From Paraspadella gotoi (taxonomy: Eukaryota; Animalia; Chaetognatha): a stretch of DNA of 20,916 bases. The translations under genes were made by a program, and so were the position numbers. Within the stretch, counting starts at the first letter, position 1. Every line of letters starts with the position of its first letter. The stretch covers positions 1 through 20,916 of the forward strand of contig JBJCIZ010000002.1 of NCBI GenBank assembly GCA_051294375.1. The letters are read 5' to 3'. This document shows, piece after piece, positions 1 through 10,156 of this stretch. The notes below the pieces were generated by a model, which ran no database searches, had not been told where the DNA came from, and saw only the letters and a program-made list of their open reading frames with translations.

Positions 1-59
1 GACGACGATTTCAGATGGGCGGCTGAAGGACAGTGAAGGACTACTGATCGGAACTGAAA

Positions 60-2790
60 CTCTGGCAAGGCCCATCCTGGCGTACGCTAGATCGAGGCCA
101 ACAGATGATTTGGACCTTAAGGTGGATCACCTTAAGGAGGGGGGAGAAAGTGACGCACATGAGCTTTTAAGAGTGACTATGGATCCAGGGTGGGTAAGCC
201 ATCCCACTCGTTAATGACCGTCCTACGGCAATACTGCTCGACTCATCCCCGGCGATCTCTATTTGCCCAAGCGTATAACGTGTCTACAGCGGCTTGTCTG
301 TCGAGCAGCGGGGTGCATCTGGGCGCACTCGAGTCCCTGTAGCCCTAAGGATTGCAGTTAGATTTCTGTTCATCCCCGTAATGGAGAGGCTTCCCTGGCC
401 GACTGATTTGAAAAAAATACAGGCTCAGCGCGAGACATACTCAATCCTTCCCATCGAGTTTGGAGGTTTTGCTCGACCGGCAGCATCCACCTCGTTTTGC
501 GTGATGCCTCCACTGGAACGCATCATGCGTGCGGTTGCTTAAATTTGCTTCTGTGAGTGTCACTTGGCAAAGCTCATATTTGTTTTTCCGTGACCTCCGG
601 ATCGAGGGTCGGCACCCCATCACAATCAGGAGAACCAAGGCTGTTGAGGACGACACTCCCCCAGGTCTTGAATTGCACTGCTGCAGATCCGTCGGCGGGT
701 TGACCTCTACAGTCCTGCTTAGAACAAGAACCTCGATCGAGAACGCGCAGCACTCAGTGCACTCTGGTGGCTCGGATTCTCAAAATGTGTCCTGAAACAC
801 TAGCCATTCGCACTCACCCAGAAGACCCGTTATAAGGCTTTTGTTGCGAACATCGCGCTCACAAAGAATCCCTGCCAAAGGACGACGCCTGATCGTGCCG
901 CCAGATATGTCCCCCCACGGAGCGTTAAATCCACGCTGAATGTGGTTCCAGGGGCTTGAGGGCTCGATCGAGAAGCGAAGACAGCTCGGGACCAAACTCC
1001 ATCAGGTCCCCCCAGTTTCTCCGGCGGCGAAGGCGGGGGGGAGAGTTGCCCGAGTGCTGGCGCAGTGCCGAGGCAGATCTGACGCAGAGCCCCGAACCGA
1101 AGCTTTCCAACTGTCGTGCCAGAACCGTGACATCCTAACTGTACTAGTGCTCCGCTCGAAACGGCCCACTCGACATCTTTGTTGAACCGCTCTTTGAGCC
1201 AATCGTCTTCAACATCCGGAAAAAGAGCGGCTTCGACGCATTTCGATCTTGCAGGCGGATCTTTCTGGCCGCCACCTCTTCAAGGTTCCGTCGCATATCT
1301 CTCTTGATCCTCTTGAGCGGTGCTGTAGGTGACCTTTGGTTCCGGTTATTTGAGCAAGCAATCATTCTCTGCAGAATTACAAGCGTTTTGGGCCATTACT
1401 CGGAGAGATGTCCGAGACGAGAAGCTTTCGATCGGGGAATTCCGCCTCTGAAAAAGCTTGAACCCCTTTGTTGATGATTGCCGGCAACCTTAGGGTTGGT
1501 GGAGACTTGACAAGGCGGATCGAGAGGAAGTATCAGACTAGGCACCGGTCATGGATTTCTCCTCAATCGGTTGCGCACGCATCTTGTTCAAGGCCTATTC
1601 AGAAGTATCATGAAGAGTTTTGGCGCATGGTCGGGGTGGAGGCCACGTTGGCTCACCTTCGGTTAAGTTCTTGGATCATTGGGGCGCGCTCTGCCACAGA
1701 TAATGAGATTGAGGCATTGTTTCAATTGCGAAAGATGCGAGCGCAAACCCTTGACCAGAAATGGCACGCTTTGAAACGATCGTGTGACCGAGGCAATCCA
1801 TTCCTCTCTACGCGGTGTAGGACCTAGTTTGGTCCATTTCCGTGTTCGATTGGGGTCGTCGAGGCAGCGACAAAAGATGGGTGGCGCTTTTCACTTTGTC
1901 TCCGGACTCGCTGCCTGTTTCACTTGGAGGTTCGTTGAGACTTTGACGGAACAGTTTCAATACTTGGCGTTGCTGCCGCTTTAACGCGATGCACCCAAGG
2001 CAGTACGTCAACATGTTTCTCTGATTGCGGAACAAACTTCAAGGAGCGGCATCGTGAGTTGAAGGAGGAGTTTGAGAAGCGTCAGGCTTGTTTGGCAGAG
2101 GCAAGCACTTGACCAGGGTTTTTTCGTGGCGCTTTAATGCACCTCAGGCACCGCACCAGGGTGGGAGTGGTGGAGAGGTTGGTGAGGTCATGTAAGGAGG
2201 CAATGTGGTTTGCTCTTGGATCGTAGAGGTTCATGGATCTGCTGCGGCCTGAGGTGTTTAATACTCCTTGTGGCTGTGGTCGCTGGAATCCTCAACCGGC
2301 GTCCTATTACTAGGGTGTCCGGAGCGATCCTACGCGACCGCTTGGCTCTTACACCTAATGACTTTCTCCATCCTAACGTTCCTGCTCATCTCATCCTCGG
2401 AGACTCGTTCGCCAGGAGCCGGTGATGCCTTGAGAAGATATGGAAGAGTCGAAGCCTTGTCGATTCCTTCTGGAGAAGATGGGTATGAGTATCTCCGAGG
2501 ATTTGCAAAAACGCCAGAAATGATGGCGAACGAGGCGCAATCTCTCTTTTGGAGATGTTGTAACTCGGTTTGTGAACGAGCCTTGATGCCCGAGAGACGC
2601 CTGGAATATGGCGATAGTTTGAAGAGACGATCCTGTTGACGGAATTGTCCGGAGAGTGATTGTTCGTACCGCTTTCAAGGCAAGCGCCTGGGTCACCGTG
2701 ATCGTACGGGGTTTGGGTGCTTTCTTCGGAGGATGATGTGATGACGCATGCGAACGAAAAATGCCAAGGCTTAGCAGCTTGTTGATGACC
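60..2790 (-). mobile_element. Penelope-like retroelement (RT + GIY-YIG endonuclease), heavily frameshifted; ends approximate
   Basis: PLE motifs read across indels on the - strand in the expected order and spacing. N-terminal RHHFWRFCKSSEILIP (~2530-2482; cf. H..FL..C....IP). VKG/GFAL at 1755-1740 (cf. DKG). LVK..IIN at 1514-1470 (cf. LPKxHK..RPII). LFPDV at 1225-1211. RQ..GTA..G.LSP/PAFA at ~1090-1025. RSVG(g)DI at 924-905 (cf. RYVDDI). LVFQDT at 803-786 (cf. LxFLD). PTD..Q at ~695. Y-R-L-E-C-P-R-C at ~341-314 and Y-V-G-Q-x-x-R at ~275-252 (GIY-YIG). Each motif alone is degenerate. Confidence 0.7.
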
Positions 2791-3179
2791 ATGAATATGG
2801 AACCAGCCGTTATTGATTTCTCCTCAGATGAAATGGCTCCTGGCGGTCAAGCAGATGGAGGGGGGAAGCCCCATCCACGACGGCAGTTGACGGCTGTGCC
2901 TCTCGCTCCCGACGCCGTGGACGACCGAGGAAGCAACTCCGCCTCCCCTTGATCGTGATTGCCTCGATCAGGCCCCGGCAACTTCGGAGTTGTCGACGGC
3001 GGTAGATGATTACCCTAGATGCTCTGGCATGCTATGAATAGTGGCTTTGTTTATCTGATGGCAATTTCGTTCAGACTGCTCGATTTGATTTATTAATTTG
3101 ATTTAGATTGGTAATTCTTGACCGGAATTATGATTTCGAATATGATTTTTGGCTCATGGATGGTTTTAGCGTCGAGGAA

Positions 3180-3600
3180 TTCGTCGCTTTTCCATTTGAT
3201 TTTATTCTGTAGATTGGATCTCGGTGTCGGATTTGAAAAGAGAGAATCGTTTCTGGGACGCAGGGTTCTGTGATGGAGGGGGAATTGTTCCCTTCCCTTA
3301 ATTGAATCTCTTTTTGAAGCTTTCTGGATCCACCTTTTGTCTCCATTCTCTCCCCCTGTCCAGTTCTGTGATCGGACAACAGGATGGTTTCGGAGACAGG
3401 TAAGGTTGGGCTGCCTTATATCCATTTTCCAGGTCAGCGTGATACGCAGTCTCACGTGGACTTCCACAGCGGCGGGCTCCGCAAGGCGTGCTTGGCAGGG
3501 AGGGGGTGTCTTGTGTTGGGCCCGCGGCGGTTTCCCTTCGCGTTGTTGGATCGCAAAATGCAAGCTTCTTCCCTGCGGTCCTGGAATTGGCGGGCCATGG
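3180..3600 (-). pseudogene. Probable GIY-YIG/C-terminal fragment of a PLE upstream of the PLE ORF (pseudo-LTR-like position)
   Basis: ORF 3093..3608(-) contains ARLAEP (3491-3474; cf. RLxEH), preceded across indels by G.T.RH. It is followed by LHHRTLRP (cf. LHI...P) and NKIKWKS (cf. N.K.EW.S). I cannot align it at DNA level to the 3' end at 1-340. Confidence 0.35.
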
Positions 3601-4403
3601 ACCATCACCGTCGAGAATATTGGCAGAAGATAATTTCCTATCCTTTTTTTAACCGCGGTTTCCGCGCGCAGCTCATTTGAGGAAACGCGTTGGGTCGTAG
3701 TATCTGTAGAGTTGCATATGACTCTGTTTACAGAGCCACACGGCCAACCGTTTCAAAACCCAGTAGAGGTTATTCATTTTACTTGGACGGCACGAATTTT
3801 AATATGTTTATTAACGTTGTTTCTTAACCTTGTTTTCTACCTTGTTTTTAATACGTTGATTTCGTGCCTTTTTATTTGATGAATTAATATACGTTTTTTT
3901 AACCTCGTAACTTCGAAATTCCTGGCCGACGCAAATTAGGTTATTTTACGATACCACAGATCAAAACAGACTCAATCTACTTATTTTTTTGCATTTTTTT
4001 TTTCTACCCGGGCAAAAAAATGTAATGTTGATATTTTTTCAAGTAGTCGTTTTTGTTTAAAAAAGACTTTTCATAATTTTTTCTCTTCATTTGGGTTTAT
4101 TTTGGTGGAAAATAATTCGGAGATAGTTTAGTATTTTCCAGCTTGTATTTTTAGAGTATGTTTGCCTAAAACTTATAGGATTCGTTTGCAAAAATACTAA
4201 AAAGGAGACAAAAAGATTTATATTAGATTATTAGACAACAAATATAATCCTAAAAAAGTAAGGATCCAGAGAAAAATTATTGAAGTGAAATAAAAGAAAC
4301 AATAAAAATAAAATAAAAGGAAAAAGATGAAATTTCAATGAAGAATATGACATCGTTGCTTAGCGAAAGCCTTTTCGTTTCGACCCATCTCTTCGCCCCT
4401 AAA

Positions 4404-5029
4404 ATTTTCCAAATTTAAACGTTTTCTGAATTACAATTTGGTTGCCGGGATTATAAAAGTTTTTTGTTTTTTTTGTTCCGGGATAGTATTCCACTTATTA
4501 AACACTTGTTAAGATCTGTTGTTAACACTTTTAAATAGACTACTGGGCAGAAGATGGCGGGCGCCATATCAATACCACTTTAATTCTGTGTTAGACACGA
4601 AGTAGTGAATAAGGACAAACCAAAGAAATCCTGAAAGCCGGTCCCTCACCAGATGACGTCACCGTCCTGTTTCTTTTGTTTCTGGACCGTTTTCCTTTGA
4701 AGTAATTGTAAACTGAAAGTCAGTTCCTTGGATTGAAACCTCTTAGATTTAACTTGTTTTTGTTCTCAGTGAATTTCAACCACATAAAACTTTATGGCAT
4801 TATCAACTCTTGCTCTATTTACTTCAAAATTCATAACAATGTAAAGAATACATTCTTTAATTAAGAAGAAGAAGAAAGTGAAAACAAAGTTTTATCTTTT
4901 GTGAAATAATTCAAAAACGAAATAAACTTTACTTCAAAGTCACCTGACCTGTCTTTCCCTGCGTCATGCTCCTCGCTACGTCTTTGCCACGCTCNNNNNN
5001 NNNNTAGTGACCGGTCACGCCGTGCCACA
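4404..5029 (+). repeat. 5' LTR (start approximate; clear homology from ~4563)
   Basis: Blocks shared with 10157-10822 include gccatatcaat, aataaggacaaac, ggaccgttttcctttgaagtaattgtaaa, gtgaaataattcaaaaacga and tagtgaccggtcac..gccaca. AATAAA at 4921-4926. Confidence 0.85.
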
Positions 5030-5031
5030 CT

Positions 5032-5048
5032 TGGTTAACCCGACGCGA
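5032..5048 (+). promoter_or_regulatory. Primer-binding site, tRNA-Trp-like
   Basis: TGGTTAACCCGACGCGA lies 2 nt after the LTR-terminal CA. It matches 14/17 to TGGTGACCCCGACGTGA, the complement of the eukaryotic tRNA-Trp 3' end used by CsRn1-type elements. Confidence 0.75.
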
Positions 5049-5414
5049 ACTATCCAACCTTCAGGCCAACGAGAAGGGAAACAAGCTCAACATTACACCT
5101 CCCGAGGTAAGATTGGGAAAGAATTGGGGGTCTTAAGCGTTTTTCCCAATCCGCTGACACCCTTCTCCTTTCTTTCGGACCCCATCAACCGAATCCGACG
5201 AGCCTANNNNNNNNNNAGCGACCCGGACCCCCGCGCACGCCTCCGTTCAGCCACAAGAAACGTCGACGGGCAGCTCGACCCACCAGCGGGCCTTCAAGTC
5301 CCATGCGGCTTTGGACGCGGCGCCAGATCACGATCCACGTCGCCAAACGTAGCCGAAGCGGCCCCAGCGTTTAACTTCGCCGGCATCAACGCCGCCAATT
5401 TCCACGACGCCGAG

Positions 5415-6300
5415 ATGGCATCTGGCGGCGCCACCCACCGCGATCAGCAAGAAGAGATCGACGAGCTCCGCGCGGCGCTGGCGACGGCGACGCGAGCGCT
5501 CGAACGGGCGGCAACGAACAAGAAGCCAGATCTACCAAGTTTCGACAGCTCCAACATCGACGTATGGATCAAACGAATCGAGGCTGCTTACGTGCGAGCC
5601 AATATCTCGTCAGCAAAACTAAAATTCTCCCACCTCGAATCAAAAATCGAAGTCAACTTCGACCCTAACATAGACGAGTTCCTCTACGGCGAGGCGACGG
5701 AGGAGGCGTGGCAGCACTTCCTGACTTACCTGAGGAAAGAGTACGGCTTCACCCGGCGCCAGCAGGCCGCCGTCATTTTAGATCCTCTCGACATCGACTG
5801 CGCTAAGCCGTCGAAAAAGCTAGCGATGTTAAGGCAAAAGATTAAAACGCTCACACTCGACGACGTTTGCAAGGAGAAAATCCTTCGGGATATGCCAACA
5901 GAAGTACGTCGATTACTGGAGGACAAGGCGGACGACTTATCCGCGACCGACCTCTGCGCGCTCGCCGACCGTCATTTCGACAAGGAGGGCAACATTCGAA
6001 TCCGCCAAACGACATCGATCATCAACAACGTCGACCGCGACCAACAAGAGTCGAGCACAGACGAAGACGACGCCGTCAACGCGATTGGCACCGCCCCCTA
6101 CAAGAAGCGATTCAACATGAAGAAGAAAACCGAATCAACGCAAGCGGAGGCAAGAGCAGCCAAGTTGACCACCTCTGCCAGAACACATCAAAATTCCGGA
6201 GAACGAGGCGTGGTCATGTGAACCTGGCTGCGCCCGATACACGAGACGCGCGCGCTGCAAAGCGCCGCGAGGGACGGGAAAGGGGGACGCCGGACGGTGA
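5415..6300 (+). CDS. gag: Gag (CsRn1-type capsid-like domain + CHCC zinc knuckle); small frameshifts at ~6178-6210; true start may lie upstream
   Basis: LPSFDSSNIDVWIKRIEAAYVRANISSAKLKF resembles the LPxF...W....EA.F...I....KF gag motif. C-R-T-H-x-KFGERAWS-C-EPG-C is reconstructed at 6176-6231. The frame containing CEPGC continues to ...TGKGDAGR-stop (TGA 6298-6300). Confidence 0.85.
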
Positions 6301-6309
6301 ACGCCGTCC
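6276..6309 (+). promoter_or_regulatory. Candidate -1 ribosomal frameshift signal (slippery heptamer + hairpin)
   Basis: G GGA AAG (6276-6282) is in the gag frame, followed by a 9-nt spacer and the hairpin GGACGGT-GAAC-GCCGTCC (6292-6309), which spans the gag stop. Confidence 0.55.
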
Positions 6310-6329
6310 CCGCCAATCACGACGTCACG

Positions 6330-6680
6330 GACGCTCAAACAAGCTTCTGCTACATGAGCTCCAGCAGCCAGAGTCAATGAGTTGGTGGGACGGCGGCCGC
6401 CCTTTTTGTTCTTTGTATTGTGCACGACGCCGGACCAGCGGAGGACGGCGGGCCGCCAGAGCCGGCATTCTAAAACATGCATCACAGCGGCTTAACGGAT
6501 CACCAATAGCGATAAAGAAAGGAGTGCTACGGTGATGTCGAAAAGTAGTTCGCTAGGAGACCGAAATTCGATATACTAATTCGGGATCGCAGAACGTTGC
6601 AGCAGCACATCTTAGGAGCTGATTTCCTGGCGAAAACTTTCTAGCGCCGAACCACCGGTACGGCGCTATCTGCTGGATCT
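6330..6680 (+). pseudogene. pol: Aspartic protease domain of pol (frameshifted)
   Basis: L-V-D-G-G-A across indels at 6382-6401, AANGSPI-like at ~6486-6508, and intact ILGADFL at 6609-6629. Confidence 0.8.
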
Positions 6681-6934
6681 TAGCGTATTAACTCAAACGA
6701 TCGCGGCGTTGTCGACGGCAACTGAGACCAAATCACATCAGCTTCGTTAGACCGACATAGTGAGAAATTTTTAATAAGCTCCTCGAATTCATTGCTTTTT
6801 CTACACCGACTCGAACTTCAGGACAAAACGGGGTGACACACATTCTATCACACAGCAAGGGGGCCATGTCGAAGAGCTCGACGACTAGACTCTGAGAAAT
6901 TTTTGGCCCCGTCGCTAAGGCGCGAGCTGGAGCA

Positions 6935-8140
6935 ATGGTGTCACTCGCTGGAATAGCGAAAGAGGAAAAGGAGATGGTCATCGACGCGCTCCATCGTTCG
7001 TCGCGCATAAAAATGGGCCCGAGGGGGGCGGGGGTTTGGCGATGCTGTGGAGACTACCGTCGCCTTAACTCACAAACAATCGACGACCGATATCCGGTGA
7101 AACTCCTGACGGATTTCAACTCCCAACTCGAGGGGAAGACAATATTCTCGAAAATAGACCTTTTAAAAGGTTACCACCAAATCCCCNNNNNNNNNNACGA
7201 CGTCAAAAAAACGGCGGTAATAACGCCGTTCGGCCTATACGTATTTCCGAGATGTCCATTTGGCCTCNNNNNNNNNNGCCAAGACTTTCAGAGATTGATG
7301 GACGAAATACTTGGCGATATACCGCACACATTCGTATATCTAGACGATATACTAGTAGCGTCAACGTCACCGGAAGAGCATTACGAAGATTTGAATCGCG
7401 TTTTCAAGGCTCTGGATGCCAACGGCCTCGTCGTTAACACGAAGAAGTGCCAACTCGGCCGCGACTCCCTGGAATTCCTTGGATTCCTAGTTGACAAAAA
7501 CGGCGTCAGACCCTTACCAGAACGAGTACAAACGCTACGCGACACAACAAGACCGACGACCATCAAAGAACTACAAAGGTTCTTAGGGATGATCAACTAT
7601 TACCGTAGATTTATCCCTAAGGTCGCGCACCGTTGTGCCGCCCTCTACGAGGCTCTCAGCGGAAAACCCAAGACGTTGGAATGGACAAACGATTGCGAAT
7701 CGGCCTTCAACGCCATCAAAGACGGATTGATCGAGGCGGCACTGCTTCACCACCCGCGGACTGGCGCCCAATTATGTATCACAACGGACGCCTCAGACAA
7801 CGCCAGTGGGCAGCCGTGTTAGAGCAGCGAGGGCCGAAGGGGTGGGAGCGCTCGCCTTCTTCTTCGGCAAAGCTAGCAAAAATCAGAAACTGTGGCCTCC
7901 TTTTGATAAGGAACTTTTCGGCGTCTTTCAAAGCTGTACGCCATTTCCGCCATTGGGTGGAAGGTAGAGCGTTACGCTTTACACCGACCATCAAAGTCTC
8001 GTTACAGCGATAGAAAAAAATCGGAACCTCAGACATACGAAGTCGTATCAACTATCCGTGATCGCGGAATTTACAACCGAGTTCGATACTTGAAGGGCAA
8101 GGCGAACGTAGTCGCCGACTGCCCTCTCGCGGCCAAACGC
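6935..8140 (+). CDS. pol: Reverse transcriptase and RNase H domains of pol (RT largely intact; RNase H frameshifted after ~7800)
   Basis: RT motifs WRCCGDYRRLN, FSKIDLLKGYHQIP, TAVITPFGL..PFGL, FVYLDDILVAS, FLG and LQRFLGMINYYRRFIP. RNase H motifs TTDASD, AVLEQ, AVRHFRHWVEGR, TDH and GKANVVAD. Confidence 0.95.
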
Positions 8141-8241
8141 CCCGTCAATAACGCCACCAGCATCTGCAACGCGGTTGACCGAATCAACCAAGACGACAAC
8201 GGCGATAACAGCGTCTGTAGCGACAACTGCAGGAAAACGCA

Positions 8242-10095
8242 ATGACGTCGGCGTCAGCAACAGAGATGACAGCGCCGGCGGCGGCGGCACCGGCGCCAGC
8301 AGCAGCCTGCGACAAAAACGAGAAGGAGAGAGACCGATTGGAAGACGCTCGAGCGCTAATCTCATCATTAACAAGCTTCGAGGTCGATTTCGAGAAAATG
8401 GCACAGGAACAAGTCCTCGACCCCGACTACAAAAAGATCGCGGAGGACGCCAGGTCCGGCTTGAATTTCCGTAAAATCCAAGTCGGAGATAACGAGCTCC
8501 TGGTCGACATCTCAAATGGCCCTGCGCGACCCTTCGTTCCCGTCTCATGGCGCCGGAAGATTTTCGACGTCGTCCATGGCCTCGGCCACCCAGGCATCGA
8601 CGCCACGCGCAAGGCAGTGAGCGCTAAATTCGTATGGACAAATATGAGGCAGGACGTCACCCGCTGGGCGCGCGAATGTCTCGCCTGTCAACGCGCCAAG
8701 ATCACGAGGCACACGATCCCGGAAATAGGGGAATTTAAAATCCCTCCACGTCGCTTTCAGCACGTGAATCTAGACCTCGTCAAGATGCCACGATCAAACG
8801 GTTTCACAAATCTGTTGACCATCGTCGACAGGTTTTCGCGATGGCCAACAGCAATTCCAATTCGCGACACACTGACGCCAACTATCCTCGATGCGCTAAG
8901 TCACGATTGGATCAGTGTATTTGGAACGCCATCCATCATAACTACCGACAGAGGCGCGCAATTCACCTCGACACTCTGGAACCAATTGACCAAGCAATGG
9001 GGAATCAAGCACCAGATGACTACAGCTTATCATCCGCAGGCGAACGGCCTAGTGGAGAGATTCCACCGTCGCCTGAAGGAATCCCTTCTGGCTCTGGGCA
9101 ATGTCGAGCAAGGAAATTGGTATTGGAAGCTTCCCATGACTCTCTTAGCGATACGCACGACCATTAAGGAGGACATTGGAGCATCCGCAGCCGACCTCGT
9201 TTTCGGTGAAGGGATTAGCGTCCCCGGATGCATTCTCGACGGCGTGCAGAACGACGATGCAGCACTGCAGCAGCAACGCCGCAGCCAATTATCGAAGCTT
9301 CGCCTCGAAGTAGCAAGACTCCAACCCACACCTACTTCAGCACACCAACAACCCAATGTCCACATCCCCAGCGATCTAGAGACCGCGCGCTACGTTTTCG
9401 TCAAACGCGGAGGAGTGCAGCCGCCTCTCGTGCCCCCGTACGAGGGCCCTTACCGTGTGACCAATCGCAGCGGATTGAACATGACTGTAGAAATCCCAAG
9501 CAGCGGACCTAAGACCGTGAACATCGCTCGAGTCAAGCCAGCACGGATAAGCGAGGAAACCTTGGATGCAGAAGACCAACTCCAGCAACCACGACGCCCC
9601 ACAGATCGTCGACCAGGTCCTCGAAACCGCACGGCAGCTCCAACAACGCGAGGAAGGCGAGCCACAACCCAGCAAGTCTCTTCGCCCAATTCGCCGAATT
9701 CGCAAAATTCGCTCGATCCTCCTCCTCTTTCTCCTCCTCCTCCTCCCCCTCCTCCTCCTCCCCCNNNNNNNNNNCCACGTCCCCAGGTACCCCGACCACC
9801 CCCCTCATCATCCCTAACGGCTCCGTCATTTTTGCTCCCGTCTTCACCCGTTCCACGCCCTCCACGCTCACCATCTCCAGAAATGCAAGAAAATGACAAC
9901 AACAACAAACCTCGAGAAGAAATAAATGAGCCAACGACTCAGAAACTATCGAAGCCGACATCGGAGAGCGTTTGGAGCAAAAGACTCCGTCCCCGTCACG
10001 GAGACCGACCAACCTACGCAGTAGTCCTGAAAGAAATGCTACTCCGACAACAAGACGAANNNNNNNNNNCAAAAACAACGACTATGACCGAATAA
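8242..10095 (+). CDS. pol: Integrase part of pol (HHCC, DDE core, GPY) with long Pro/Ser/Arg-rich C-terminal tail
   Basis: HGLGHPG...CLAC zinc finger, HVNLDLV, ITTDRGAQF, YHPQANGLVERFHRRLK and PPYEGPYRV in one open frame. The ATG in the ORF track is internal to the polyprotein. Confidence 0.95.
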   Translation: MTSASATEMTAPAAAAPAPAAACDKNEKERDRLEDARALISSLTSFEVDFEKMAQEQVLDPDYKKIAEDARSGLNFRKIQVGDNELLVDISNGPARPFVPVSWRRKIFDVVHGLGHPGIDATRKAVSAKFVWTNMRQDVTRWARECLACQRAKITRHTIPEIGEFKIPPRRFQHVNLDLVKMPRSNGFTNLLTIVDRFSRWPTAIPIRDTLTPTILDALSHDWISVFGTPSIITTDRGAQFTSTLWNQLTKQWGIKHQMTTAYHPQANGLVERFHRRLKESLLALGNVEQGNWYWKLPMTLLAIRTTIKEDIGASAADLVFGEGISVPGCILDGVQNDDAALQQQRRSQLSKLRLEVARLQPTPTSAHQQPNVHIPSDLETARYVFVKRGGVQPPLVPPYEGPYRVTNRSGLNMTVEIPSSGPKTVNIARVKPARISEETLDAEDQLQQPRRPTDRRPGPRNRTAAPTTRGRRATTQQVSSPNSPNSQNSLDPPPLSPPPPPPPPPPXXXXPRPQVPRPPPSSSLTAPSFLLPSSPVPRPPRSPSPEMQENDNNNKPREEINEPTTQKLSKPTSESVWSKRLRPRHGDRPTYAVVLKEMLLRQQDEXXXXKTTTMTE

Positions 10096-10156
10096 TCATT
10101 CCGTAGCAATACTTGTTTATTTTTCAATTTTAAAAACTTTTTTNNNNNNNNNNGTC

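Noticed and set aside
2800-3075. Expected hammerhead in the putative PLE pseudo-LTR (CTGAGGA at ~2827 on -; hairpin at ~2976-2995)
   Set aside because: There is no stem II between the core boxes and no stems I/III.
294-3680. Short + strand ORFs, including an RT-like phrase NRRPITRVSGAILRDRLA at ~2290
   Set aside because: No further LINE RT motifs follow in order on +. The - strand PLE motif series explains the region better.
4358-4396. Hammerhead-like C-GAAGA-GAT-GG-GTC-GAAAC on the - strand
   Set aside because: It lacks the conserved U, has a 2-nt loop II and has no stem I. Too many corrections are needed.
5726-10078. Antisense and alternate-frame ORFs inside the Gypsy (e.g. 8048-8548, 9450-9908, 9533-10078)
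   Set aside because: These are shadow frames of GC-rich gag/pol and of the poly-Pro tract. There is no independent motif and no env-like ORF.
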